Counted from the stretch's first letter, positions 1 to 9,549 are shown. The stretch: 64,000 nucleotides of DNA from an uncultured Rickettsiales bacterium (GCA_964539135.1 CAZIFG010000001.1:83713-147712); one strand, 5' to 3'. The notes: generated by a model not told the origin, from the sequence alone. Translations and numbers: made by a program.

Positions 1-3
1 GTA

Positions 4-654
4 TTGAAATTTTCTGAGGGAGAACTTCGTATCTTGCAACATTTTGTGGAGCATAGTGATCCTCTTTCGGATCTCTATATCTGTGAAGATATGTTTGGGT
101 CTCAACGTATTTCAGGGGAGTCTTTTTTTATGATGCTTGATTTTGTTGTTCAGACTGAGGCAGCCCGTTTTTTAGTTTCAGAATTTGTACGTTTTTTAGT
201 TGAAGGAGATACCTTTCAGTCTAAAAGGGATTTTCCTATTTTGTCTTTTTCAAAATCGCTCTTTGACTTGTTTTATGCTGAACCTGATATACTTTCTCGT
301 TTTTTAAGGCGGCTTACATTTAAAGATTCTCAAATTGAAGGTTTAGAAGATTTGAGTGTGTTTTATTCATTGCCTTATGGCTTTCGCTTCCATCCAGATG
401 TTGGACTCCATTTTGTAAATCGATATTGGAGATTTATAGAGGAGTCGCCTGTTTTTCGGGATAATGAAACAATAGCGTTTGCAGCGCTTAGACAAGATCT
501 TCAAGCTTTTAGATATCTGTCGCCTCGGCTTCAACGCGCTCTCTCTATTTCTAACTTTCTTGTAAACGAACCCAAGTTTATTTCGGGTTTGTTTGTTTCT
601 TATATGGAGTCTGTTTTAGAGCAGTACGCTTTAGATATGGAGCTATATAGTTAA
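4..654 (+). CDS. Hypothetical protein, possibly 5'-truncated by the window edge; DUF4116-like motif near the C-terminus
   Basis: 216-aa ORF; FRDNETIAFAALRQDLQAFRYLSPRLQ resembles the DUF4116 repeat pattern from memory. Confidence 0.5.
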   Translation: MKFSEGELRILQHFVEHSDPLSDLYICEDMFGSQRISGESFFMMLDFVVQTEAARFLVSEFVRFLVEGDTFQSKRDFPILSFSKSLFDLFYAEPDILSRFLRRLTFKDSQIEGLEDLSVFYSLPYGFRFHPDVGLHFVNRYWRFIEESPVFRDNETIAFAALRQDLQAFRYLSPRLQRALSISNFLVNEPKFISGLFVSYMESVLEQYALDMELYS

Positions 655-721
655 AATTCCGAGCTTTCGGACTCTTAGTGCCTTACAACTGATCCAAACG
701 TAGGTATGTTGCAACAGTCTC
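652..721 (+). mobile_element. Right half of the ~142-bp palindromic MITE/RPE-like element, overlapping the 3' end of the PfkB kinase gene
   Basis: TAAAATTCCGAGCTTTCGGACTCTTAGTGCCTTACAACTGATCCAAACGTAGGTATGTTGCAACAGTCTC aligns with the right halves of the copies at 13391 and 31731. Confidence 0.8.
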
Positions 722-1697
722 TTAATGTCTTTTTAGAGAGTCTAGGACCATACTGAGATACTACTTTTGCTGCTACGGAATTTGCGAGTTTTCCGGCCTT
801 TTCAAGACTTAATCCTTGAAAGATGCCAGCTAAAAAAGCGCCTGCGAAGGCATCTCCAGCGCCATTGGTATCTATGGCTTTTGTTTCAATTGCCGGAATG
901 GTGTAAAGGGTTTTGTCTTTCATGATCCATGCACCTTTAGATCCTCGTGTCATGGCAATCAGTCTTGCTTTTTCACTTAATGCGTTTATTGCGGCTTCAG
1001 GAGTATCACATTCTGTAAAGTGTTTGGCTTCTTCTTCGTTGCAAAATAAAACATCCACCCCCTGATAACTGATGAGACTGTTGAGTTCGGATTTGAAATA
1101 GGTGACCATGCTTAAATCGGATAAAGTCAGTGCGGTTTGGATCTTGTGTTTTATGGCATAATGGTGGGCCTGTTGGGCAGCCTCCAACCCAGAGGGTGAG
1201 GGCATTAAATAGCCTTCAATATAAAGCAGTTTTGCGGCTTGGAGTTGGGTGAAATCGATTTCTGTAGATGAAAAATCGGCGGTGGTGCCCAAGTAGGTGC
1301 TCATGGTGCGTTCAGCATCGGGCGTGACATTGACGAGGCAGATGCCGGTGGTACCACTTTCTAAATTTTGGGGATCTAAACTCAATTGAACGCCTAAGGT
1401 CTTCATGTCGTTTATAAAAAAACGGCCATTCTCATCGTCTGCAACTTTACAGGCATAGGCGCAGTTTAATCCGAGGCCTTGAGCGGTAATGAGGGTGTTG
1501 GCTGCAGATCCGCCAGACGCGCGTTCATGTTGGGTACCGCGAAAGGCGTGCAAGAGTTCCAGGAGACGGGTGTCATCGATGAGTTGCATTTGGCCTTTTT
1601 TTAAGCCTAATGCTTGAATTTCTGAATCGCTGGTTTCGATGGTGGTGTCAACAAGGGCATTTCCAATTCCAAAAATATCTAATGGTTTTGTGTTCAT
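675..1697 (-). CDS. PfkB-family carbohydrate/adenosine kinase
   Basis: GIGNALVD, SGGSAANT and DTNGAGDAFAG PfkB motifs. Confidence 0.9.
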   Translation of the reverse strand: MNTKPLDIFGIGNALVDTTIETSDSEIQALGLKKGQMQLIDDTRLLELLHAFRGTQHERASGGSAANTLITAQGLGLNCAYACKVADDENGRFFINDMKTLGVQLSLDPQNLESGTTGICLVNVTPDAERTMSTYLGTTADFSSTEIDFTQLQAAKLLYIEGYLMPSPSGLEAAQQAHHYAIKHKIQTALTLSDLSMVTYFKSELNSLISYQGVDVLFCNEEEAKHFTECDTPEAAINALSEKARLIAMTRGSKGAWIMKDKTLYTIPAIETKAIDTNGAGDAFAGAFLAGIFQGLSLEKAGKLANSVAAKVVSQYGPRLSKKTLRDCCNIPTFGSVVRH

Positions 1698-1700
1698 GAT

Positions 1701-4508
1701 TTAGCTGTTGACAGCGTTAAAATCTCTATCGGATAAAAAAGACCCGTTTGCGCGTTTGGACACGGTTAAGTCGCGTTTCCAAGACCGTTCGCATTGAGGT
1801 GCTTCTCTTAAATCTTCAATCGTGATTTGAGTTTGAGACGCCATGCTGACGCGAGAGACGCCTAAGAGATCGGGTAGTTCGTCTAAAAAGAGGCTTAAGG
1901 CTTCATTTTTAGGGAATACAAGCTCTGCATCTAAGGTATTATCAATGCCTTTTTCTTTGGCTGACTCTAAGGCTTTAAGACCCTGTTGTCTGGATTCCAA
2001 TACTGTTTTCCATAGGGGATTTGCGGTGTAATGGAGGGTGTAAGGATCTGCCAAATGAATGGTTTTTTGAGTGTCTTTGTATAAATTTTGATAGAGTTCA
2101 TCTGCGGTGTGGGGCAAAATGGGAGCGAGAAGTCGACCTAAAACTTCCAAGATATGCCAGAGGGTTTCTTGGGTTTGACGTCTGCGTGGGGCGTCTTTTT
2201 TGTCGCAGTAGAGGCGATCTTTTACGGCGGTACAATAAATAGAAGACAGGGTATCATTACAATAGTTGTATAGGGCTTGATGGGCATTTTTGAATTTGTA
2301 GGTTTTGTAGGCTTCTGTCACGGTGTTTTGGAGTTTTGTGGTTTCGTCCAATATCCATGCGTCGAGGCTGTGAGGGGCGACTGTTTTCAAAAAGGTCTCA
2401 AGGGGAGAGATGTCTGCTGGTGTGAGTTCGTGGATGTTGCTGAGCAAAAATCGAATGGTATTGCGTACTTTTCGGTAGCTTTCTCCGGCTAAATCAAAAA
2501 ACTCCGTGTCGACTTTAATGTCATTTTCAAAGGCCAGAGAACTGACCCACCAGCGCGTGACTTCGGCGCCGTATTGGGTGAGGAGGTCTTCGACATTGAG
2601 GGCATTGCCTTGAGATTTGCTCATTTTTTTGCCTTGTTTATCGACAATAAAGCCATGGGTGAGTACGGATTTAAACGGCGATACGCCTGTTGCGCCCAAT
2701 GCCGGCAAGAGAGAAAGATGAAACCAGCCTCTGTGTTGGTCGGAACCTTCAAGATATAAATCCGCAGGATAACCGATGTTGCGCTGTTTCAAAACCGCAT
2801 TCCAAGAGGATCCTGATTCAAACCAGACATCAAAAATGTCATGCATTTTAGTTAAAGTGGTGAGATCTAAATCCTGAGGGGCTTCGGGATCTGTTTTTGG
2901 ATCGTAGTGGATCAGACAGTCTGCCGCCGATTTTTTAAACCAGGCGTCAGAGCCTTCAGATTCGAATAATTGAGCCACGGCTTGGATAGATTTTTCGGTC
3001 ATGAAAATGCTGCCATCTGGACGTCTGAAGGCGGGAATGGGGAGTCCCCAAGACCGTTGTCTGGAAATGCACCAGTCGGGTCTGGCTTCGAGCATGCCAC
3101 GCAGCCTATTTTTACCCCATTCTGGAATGAATTGTATCTGAGATTCTATGGCTTCTAAAGCCAAGGTTCGTAGAGATTTGTTGGTGTTTTTTGTTGGATT
3201 ATCTACAGAAATGAACCATTGTTCTGTGCTTCTAAAAATGACAGGCGTTTTGGATCGCCAGTCGTGGGGGTAGCTGTGCGTGAAAAGCGCATGGTGGAAT
3301 AGGGCCTTTTTGTCGTTTAACAGGGCCACGATGAGGGGATTGGCTTTCCAAATGTGCATGCCTCTAAAGGCTTCGGGAACGGTGGTGTCGTAGGTGCCGT
3401 CGCCTTGAACAGGACAGTAAATGTCCAGATTTTCACGCAGTCCTGTTTGATAATCTTCAATACCATGTCCGGGGGCGGTGTGTACGGCGCCGGTACCATC
3501 TTCGAGTGTGACATAATCGGCTGCTACAATTTTGCCGTCTCTGTCGCAAAAGGGATGTTGATAGACAAGCCCAAGTAAGGCCTCTCCCTTGATGGATCCT
3601 AAGGTTTTTAGTGCGGCTTTTTTTGTGATTTTTTCAATGGCAGGGAGGAGGTTTTTGGCGACAATACTGGTATGGCTGTCAAATTCCACCAAGGCGTAGT
3701 CATACAGAGGATTAATGGCGATTGCTAAATTGGCAGGCAGGGTCCAGGGTGTGGTGGTCCAAATCATCATGCTGATTTCATGGGCGGTTTGGGTTTGGAA
3801 TATGTCCTTTGCTTTTTCTTGATCTTTGAGTGTAAAAGCGACGTAAACAGCACTGTCTTCTTTGTCTTCATATTCCAGTTCGGCTTCGGCGAGGGCGGTT
3901 TGGTTGGCCATGGACCAATGGACGGGTTTAAGTTGTCTGTACACAATGTCTTCTTTGACCAGACTGGCGAAGACCTCTAAAACCTTGGATTCAAAACTGG
4001 GGCTCATCGTTAGGTAAGGTGCATCATAATCGGCTAGAGTGAGGAGGCGCTTCATTTGTTCCGATTGAAGTTTAATGTATTTGCTGGCGTATTTCTGGCA
4101 TTCGGATCGGATGATGCTGTGTTTCACTTCTTCGCTGACAGAAGCTAGTTTTTCTTGCTTGTCTTTGAGGAGTTCTGTCATGACTTTATGTTCAATGGGA
4201 AGTCCATGACAGTCCCATCCTGGCACAAAGGGACATTTTTTGCCGAGTAACTGTTGAGATCGAACGACAATGTCTTTTAATACTTTATTGAGCAAATGAC
4301 CGACATGGATGTTTCCGTTTGCGTAGGGGGGGCCATCGTGAAATACAAAAGTCGGAAGATTGGCTGTTTTTTCTTGTATTTTTGCGTAGAGGGCTGTTGT
4401 GTTCCAACGTTTGATACTTAAGGGTTCGTTTTGAGCGAGATTGGCACGCATGGGGAAGGCGGTTTGTGGTAAATTCAGGGTTTCTTTAAATTTGTTTTTT
4501 TCTGACAT
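1701..4508 (-). CDS. ileS: Isoleucine--tRNA ligase
   Basis: GPPYANGNIHVGH (HIGH), PGWDCHGLPIE, WTTTPWTLPAN, KMSKS. Confidence 0.97.
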   Translation of the reverse strand: MSEKNKFKETLNLPQTAFPMRANLAQNEPLSIKRWNTTALYAKIQEKTANLPTFVFHDGPPYANGNIHVGHLLNKVLKDIVVRSQQLLGKKCPFVPGWDCHGLPIEHKVMTELLKDKQEKLASVSEEVKHSIIRSECQKYASKYIKLQSEQMKRLLTLADYDAPYLTMSPSFESKVLEVFASLVKEDIVYRQLKPVHWSMANQTALAEAELEYEDKEDSAVYVAFTLKDQEKAKDIFQTQTAHEISMMIWTTTPWTLPANLAIAINPLYDYALVEFDSHTSIVAKNLLPAIEKITKKAALKTLGSIKGEALLGLVYQHPFCDRDGKIVAADYVTLEDGTGAVHTAPGHGIEDYQTGLRENLDIYCPVQGDGTYDTTVPEAFRGMHIWKANPLIVALLNDKKALFHHALFTHSYPHDWRSKTPVIFRSTEQWFISVDNPTKNTNKSLRTLALEAIESQIQFIPEWGKNRLRGMLEARPDWCISRQRSWGLPIPAFRRPDGSIFMTEKSIQAVAQLFESEGSDAWFKKSAADCLIHYDPKTDPEAPQDLDLTTLTKMHDIFDVWFESGSSWNAVLKQRNIGYPADLYLEGSDQHRGWFHLSLLPALGATGVSPFKSVLTHGFIVDKQGKKMSKSQGNALNVEDLLTQYGAEVTRWWVSSLAFENDIKVDTEFFDLAGESYRKVRNTIRFLLSNIHELTPADISPLETFLKTVAPHSLDAWILDETTKLQNTVTEAYKTYKFKNAHQALYNYCNDTLSSIYCTAVKDRLYCDKKDAPRRRQTQETLWHILEVLGRLLAPILPHTADELYQNLYKDTQKTIHLADPYTLHYTANPLWKTVLESRQQGLKALESAKEKGIDNTLDAELVFPKNEALSLFLDELPDLLGVSRVSMASQTQITIEDLREAPQCERSWKRDLTVSKRANGSFLSDRDFNAVNS

Positions 4509-4706
4509 GAGTGGCTTCCTTTTCCATTTCGTCTGTGTTTTAAGCTCCTTAGTATAGCAATTTTTGTGGCAGAGTTAAAACGGTTAAATCATGGACACGT
4601 CGCAACAATTCCATGATTTATTTTTCTGTGCAATTTTTGGTGTTTGGATTTCGATACCTTTTTATAAAGATCTCGATTATTTTCAATTATTTAAGGAGTT
4701 TATAAT

Positions 4707-5213
4707 ATGCAAGCAACACAACCGCTAGTAGCAAGTCCTTTGCCTACATCGTCTAGGCATGGAAGTGCTCGGATTCATCCAGCGCCTCCCTCAGATGATT
4801 TTAGGCCAGCGTCACCGGCAGTTTCGCCCCAACAACAGTTTATGAATGAGGCTTCGTCTTCAGAGGCATCTCGTTCTTCAAGTACCTGCGCGGATAAGGT
4901 TTTATGTGGTGTTGCGGCGTTTGGCGCGGTTGGTGTATCTGGAGGACTTACTTATGTAGCCACACTGCCTTTTGTAGGGCAGGCTTTGTGTATTGTTACA
5001 ACAGGCGTGGCGACTGGTATCGTTGCGGAAGGGTCTCGTCGTGTTGCGAATCAGCTCTGTCCACCAGAAGAATTAGGGACTCCTTCGACGACGGAGGTTT
5101 CTCGAGAACTAGAGGCTTTAAGAGGGCGTGTGTCTGTTTTAGAGCAGAGAGATAGAAGTGGTTCAGATGATCGTGTGCAGCCCTTTTCCAGGGGAGTGTC
5201 TAAAGATGAGTAG
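4707..5213 (+). CDS. Orphan protein: S/P-rich N-terminus, bilobed hydrophobic segment, short coiled coil
   Basis: AAGGAG RBS; 168 aa; shares motifs with the ORFs at 5292 and 5610. Confidence 0.7.
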   Translation: MQATQPLVASPLPTSSRHGSARIHPAPPSDDFRPASPAVSPQQQFMNEASSSEASRSSSTCADKVLCGVAAFGAVGVSGGLTYVATLPFVGQALCIVTTGVATGIVAEGSRRVANQLCPPEELGTPSTTEVSRELEALRGRVSVLEQRDRSGSDDRVQPFSRGVSKDE

Positions 5214-5291
5214 TTTTTTCTTTTGTTGATTTTTAATTTATTTTAATGTATTTATTTTAAAAATAAATCTTTAAATTTAAAGGAGAATTTT

Positions 5292-5558
5292 ATGAAGGGT
5301 ATTAGAGGGTTTAGGCCTGGCTTCATTAGCCCTATCAAAATGCGGCCTGTGGCAGATGTGGAAAAACAGGATGGCGCGGTGATTAGGTGTGGAGGCGCCT
5401 TTGTACAGCGTCCAGTTCTGAATTTGTCGCTTGAGGCACTTTATCGAGAGATTCAGGTACTGCAAGCGCGGGTTTCGAATTTAGAACATTCGAATAGATC
5501 TGTTGATTTGGATACTTCAAGCGCTTTTTCTCCTGCGTCTACGTGTTCGTCGGAATAG
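5292..5558 (+). CDS. Orphan small protein with a coiled coil, partial paralog of 4707-5213
   Basis: AAGGAG RBS; REIQVLQARVSNLEHSNRS matches RELEALRGRVSVLEQRDRS of the upstream ORF. Confidence 0.6.
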   Translation: MKGIRGFRPGFISPIKMRPVADVEKQDGAVIRCGGAFVQRPVLNLSLEALYREIQVLQARVSNLEHSNRSVDLDTSSAFSPASTCSSE

Positions 5559-5609
5559 GGTTTTAGTGTTAAGGGGTGTTTAAAATTTTATATTAAAAAG
5601 GAGATTTTT

Positions 5610-6098
5610 ATGGATGTAGGATTAAGACCCGCAACTCCGCCAATGGGGGGGGCGCCAAGACAGCAAGTTATGGATGGAGGTGCACGAAGAAACAGAGAGC
5701 CGGAAAGAGTGCTTAATACAGGGCTTTGTGTTCCGTCGACAGTGTGTAGTGTGTTAGGTTCAGGGCTTGGGGGTACTGCGGCGTATGCTACAGCGATAGG
5801 CTCGACTGTTCCGGCCTCAATTCCTTTTACACCTGTGGTTACATGGGGATTGGTTCCTGCGGGTACATCGGCAACCGCTTGGGGAACAGTAGGTGCTACC
5901 GCTGCAGGGGTGGGTACCGGATGTGTTACAGGTTGTGGAGTAGGTGTTTTGTGTTGTGCTACGGGTAAAGTGGTTTCTTATGTTGTGAAGGAGGTTTGCT
6001 ATGAGGATAAATCAGGTCGAGTTCAACAAGCGCCACCTCCTGCGACGTTTTCTGAGGATGGGGGGGATGTTCATCATTCTGGAGAGGCTAAGGACTGA
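5610..6098 (+). CDS. Orphan Gly/Ala/Cys-rich hydrophobic protein
   Basis: AAGGAG RBS; LRPATP..APRQQVM matches FRPASP..SPQQQFM of the ORF at 4707; glycine-zipper-like stretch. Confidence 0.7.
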   Translation: MDVGLRPATPPMGGAPRQQVMDGGARRNREPERVLNTGLCVPSTVCSVLGSGLGGTAAYATAIGSTVPASIPFTPVVTWGLVPAGTSATAWGTVGATAAGVGTGCVTGCGVGVLCCATGKVVSYVVKEVCYEDKSGRVQQAPPPATFSEDGGDVHHSGEAKD

Positions 6099-6141
6099 TA
6101 CTGATACGGTTCCTGCGGTACCTTTTTGTTAACTCTTTTTT

Positions 6142-6169
6142 GGTGTACACTTTGGAGCATGTGTACACC
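6142..6169. promoter_or_regulatory. Inverted repeat made of two GTGTACAC palindromes just upstream of the oppA RBS (operator or hairpin candidate)
   Basis: GGTGTACAC-tttggagcat-GTGTACACC; GGAGG at 6174-6178. Confidence 0.4.
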
Positions 6170-6184
6170 TTTGGGAGGTTTGGC

Positions 6185-7774
6185 GTGTTAAAAGGGTTTC
6201 GATTTTTTGCTGCTTTCAGTTTTGTTCTGGCGACTCTTTTTCTATTGTCTTGTTCTCCTCGTTCGTCTGCCCCAAACCCTTTTTTAGTTCTTAAATTGGG
6301 AGGGGAACCTTCTGTTTTGAATCCTTTATTGTCTATAGATACAGCCTCTTCGGCTGTGATTGGTCTTGTTTATAATGGACTACTCCGAGTGGATGAGTCT
6401 TTAAACTATGTGCCGGATTTGGCGGCGTCTTATACGGTCTCCGAAGATGGCCTTCGCTATACCTTTTATTTGAAAAAAAATGTGAAATGGCATGATGGGG
6501 TTCCCTTTACCGCTCAAGATGTTGTGTTTACAGTTCAAACACTTTTGGATCCTAAAACCCAAACGGTGCGTCGCAATTTGTTTATTGTGGATGGAAAGCC
6601 CATTCAGGTGAAGGCCTTAGATTCTTACACCGTTGAGTTTATTTTACCTAAACCCTTTGCGCCTTTTTTGAGTAATGTGGGTATTTCGATTATTCCAGAG
6701 CATCTTTATAAAAATGTGTCTGTGAATACAGTTTCTTTTAATCGGGCACCTGTTGGGACTGGGCCTTTTAAATTTTCAGAATGGAAATCGGGACAGTTTG
6801 TTAAATTGATTCGAAATGAATCGTATTTTGATGGGCCGGTCTTACTTAAAGGCGTTCTTTTTAAAATTATTCCCGATCAAAACACCTCGCTTGTAGCGCT
6901 TGAAAAACAGGAAATTGATCAGTCCAATATTCCACCTCGGGAAGTGGACCGTTTTAAAAAAGAGGCCACTATTTCTGTTTTTAATTATCACGAGTTGATG
7001 TATGTGTATTTGGCTTTTAATTTGAAACATCCGTTTTTGTCAGACTTGCGCGTGCGTCAGGCCTTGGCCCATGCCTTGCCTAAAGATGCTTTGGTGAAGA
7101 GCGTTTTGAGAGGGTATGGCGTGTCTGCAAATATTCCCACCTCACCTTTATTGTGGGATTATCCCGATCCCAGCCATATTCCTATTTTTGACTTTAATCC
7201 AGCTCAAAGTCATGCCCTTTTAACGGAAGCAGGCTTTGTTAAAAATGCTCAGGGTATTTATGCCAAAAATGGAAAACCTTTTGTTTTTACCCTTTTAACC
7301 AGTAAAGGTAATCCTGAGCGGGAAAAATCGGCTCAAATTATTCAAAGGGCTTTTGGCGATATTGGGGTTAAGGTAGACTTACAAATTATGGAGTGGAGCT
7401 CTTTACTTAAAATTGTGAATTCGCCCAAAGATCCTAAGCCCTTTGATGCGGTTTTATTGGGCTGGTCTTTAAGCTTGGATCCCGATTGTTACTCTATTTG
7501 GCATTCGTCTCAGTATCCACAAGGATTTAATTTTATTGGCTATCAAAATGCGGAGGTGGATCGTTTGTTAGAGGCCGGCCGTTTGGAAGTGAAACAGGAA
7601 AACCGAAAACGCATTTATGGCGATATTTATCAACATATCGCAGCGGATGTGCCTTATCTTTTCTTATTCTATCCAGAGTCGATTGCTGGCGTGAATAAAC
7701 GTGTTCAAGGGCTTTCTAAACCTGGACCTGCGGGCCTTTTTAATCGCATTGAACAGGTGCATGTGGTGGAGTAG
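6185..7774 (+). CDS. oppA: Peptide ABC transporter substrate-binding lipoprotein (SBP family 5)
   Basis: Lipobox LLSC, KWHDGVPFTAQDV, PVGTGPF; GTG start chosen from the GGAGG RBS (track start 6140). Confidence 0.92.
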   Translation: MLKGFRFFAAFSFVLATLFLLSCSPRSSAPNPFLVLKLGGEPSVLNPLLSIDTASSAVIGLVYNGLLRVDESLNYVPDLAASYTVSEDGLRYTFYLKKNVKWHDGVPFTAQDVVFTVQTLLDPKTQTVRRNLFIVDGKPIQVKALDSYTVEFILPKPFAPFLSNVGISIIPEHLYKNVSVNTVSFNRAPVGTGPFKFSEWKSGQFVKLIRNESYFDGPVLLKGVLFKIIPDQNTSLVALEKQEIDQSNIPPREVDRFKKEATISVFNYHELMYVYLAFNLKHPFLSDLRVRQALAHALPKDALVKSVLRGYGVSANIPTSPLLWDYPDPSHIPIFDFNPAQSHALLTEAGFVKNAQGIYAKNGKPFVFTLLTSKGNPEREKSAQIIQRAFGDIGVKVDLQIMEWSSLLKIVNSPKDPKPFDAVLLGWSLSLDPDCYSIWHSSQYPQGFNFIGYQNAEVDRLLEAGRLEVKQENRKRIYGDIYQHIAADVPYLFLFYPESIAGVNKRVQGLSKPGPAGLFNRIEQVHVVE

Positions 7775-8743
7775 ATGGGGCGTTTTTTAGCTTTACGTCT
7801 TTTGGGAGCCATCCCGCTTCTTATTGCCATTACCTTTTTGTCTTTTTTGATTGTTCATTTGGCGCCTGGAGATCCTGCTTCTATGATGATGGATTCTCAT
7901 TTATCGGTGGCGGATAGAGCTGCTTACAGACAAACTTTGGGATTGGATGATCCTTTGATCTTGCAATATTTCAAATGGGGAAATCGTGCGTTGCATGGAG
8001 ATTTGGGGTATTCTATTGTGTCGACCCAACCTGTTTTAGAGGTGATTTTAGATCGTGTTCCGGCGACACTGATTTTGTCTCTGTCTTCTTTGATTTTAAT
8101 GCTTTTAGTGACCTTTCCCTTGGGCTTGTGGACGGGGTATAAACATGGCACCCGTTTTGACTTTTTGGTGGCTTTTTTTTCTTTTGTCGGGATGGCCATG
8201 CCAACGTTTTGGGTGGGTCTTATTTTAATCTTGGTTTTTTCTCTGTCTTTTGGGATCTTTCCCAGTTCGGGATATTTGTCTCCCGATTTGGGGTCGGCTT
8301 CTTTTTGGCTTCAAAGTCTCGATATTATGTGGCATATGGCCTTGCCCTTACTGACTATGCTGATTGGGGGGGTTGCGGGACTTATTCGCTTTAATCGTTT
8401 TGGTGTCATTGCCATTTTGAATGAGTCTTATATTCAAGCGGCACGTGCTCGGGGTATTTCAGAACGTCGATTGGTGTTTGTGCATGCCTTTAAAAATGCG
8501 GCTTTGCCCATTGTGACGCTTTTAGGGGCGTCTTTACCCAGTTTGCTGGGCGGAGCCTTTGTGATTGAATACATTTTTGCCTGGCCGGGGATGGGACAAT
8601 TGGGCGTTTCCGCTATTTTTTCCCGGGATTATCCGGTGATTATGGGCACGCTTTTGATGTCGTCTGTTTTGGTGGTTTTGGGTAATATTTTGGCCGATTA
8701 TGCCTATCATTGGGTGGATCCCCGTGTGAGGATGGAAGAATGA
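7775..8743 (+). CDS. oppB: Peptide ABC transporter permease
   Basis: LAPGDPA, GDLGYS, EAA loop YIQAARARG, WPGMG. Confidence 0.92.
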   Translation: MGRFLALRLLGAIPLLIAITFLSFLIVHLAPGDPASMMMDSHLSVADRAAYRQTLGLDDPLILQYFKWGNRALHGDLGYSIVSTQPVLEVILDRVPATLILSLSSLILMLLVTFPLGLWTGYKHGTRFDFLVAFFSFVGMAMPTFWVGLILILVFSLSFGIFPSSGYLSPDLGSASFWLQSLDIMWHMALPLLTMLIGGVAGLIRFNRFGVIAILNESYIQAARARGISERRLVFVHAFKNAALPIVTLLGASLPSLLGGAFVIEYIFAWPGMGQLGVSAIFSRDYPVIMGTLLMSSVLVVLGNILADYAYHWVDPRVRMEE

Positions 8744-9549
8744 CACGGTCTTTTAAAGTGGCGCTTCTTTTTTTAGGGGGCCTTATTTTAGCGTCTCTTT
8801 CGGTCGGCTTTTTTTCTCATACAGATCCCAATGCCTTTAATGTTTATGCGCTTTCAGATTATGCACCTCCTTCTTGGGATCATTGGTTTGGGACAGATGA
8901 TTTGGGTCGAGATTTGCTGATTCGCGCGTTATATGGGGCTCGAATTTCCCTTTTGGTGGGGACGATTTCTGTGACCCTTTCTGTGCTGATTGGGGTTGCT
9001 GTTGGGCTGGTTTCAGGATATTTTTCAGGTTGGGTGGATAGCCTCTGTATGCGGTTGGTGGATATTTTTATGGCCATTCCGACTTTATTTTTATTGTTGA
9101 CGATTCAGGTGATGATTAAGCCGTCGATTTGGAATGTTATGATCGTGATTGGCCTTACCAGTTGGATGGGGATGGCGAGACTGGTTCGGGCAGAGGTTAA
9201 AAGCGTCAAGGAGAGGCCCTTTATTTTGGCTGCACGGTCTAGAGGCGTCTCCACGGGGGTGTTGCTTTTTAAACATATTTTACCTCATACCTTGAACCCT
9301 GTGATTGTGTCTGCCATGTTGGGGGTCGGGGATGCTATTTTGACAGAGTCTATGTTGAGTTTTTTAGGCTTGGGCGTACAGCCGCCTCATGCCAGTTGGG
9401 GCAATATGTTGGATAATAGTTTGGCCTATATGAGGGTTGCGCCGTGGATGGCTATTTTTCCTGGCCTTTTGATTACCTTTACGGTGTTGTCACTTAATTT
9501 TATTGGAGACGGTTTAAGACAAAAATTAGATGTTAAAGGGAGGGTGTGA
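8740..9549 (+). CDS. oppC: Peptide ABC transporter permease
   Basis: HWFGTDDLGRD, LSFLGLG, SWGNML; ATGA overlap with oppB. Confidence 0.92.
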   Translation: MTRSFKVALLFLGGLILASLSVGFFSHTDPNAFNVYALSDYAPPSWDHWFGTDDLGRDLLIRALYGARISLLVGTISVTLSVLIGVAVGLVSGYFSGWVDSLCMRLVDIFMAIPTLFLLLTIQVMIKPSIWNVMIVIGLTSWMGMARLVRAEVKSVKERPFILAARSRGVSTGVLLFKHILPHTLNPVIVSAMLGVGDAILTESMLSFLGLGVQPPHASWGNMLDNSLAYMRVAPWMAIFPGLLITFTVLSLNFIGDGLRQKLDVKGRV

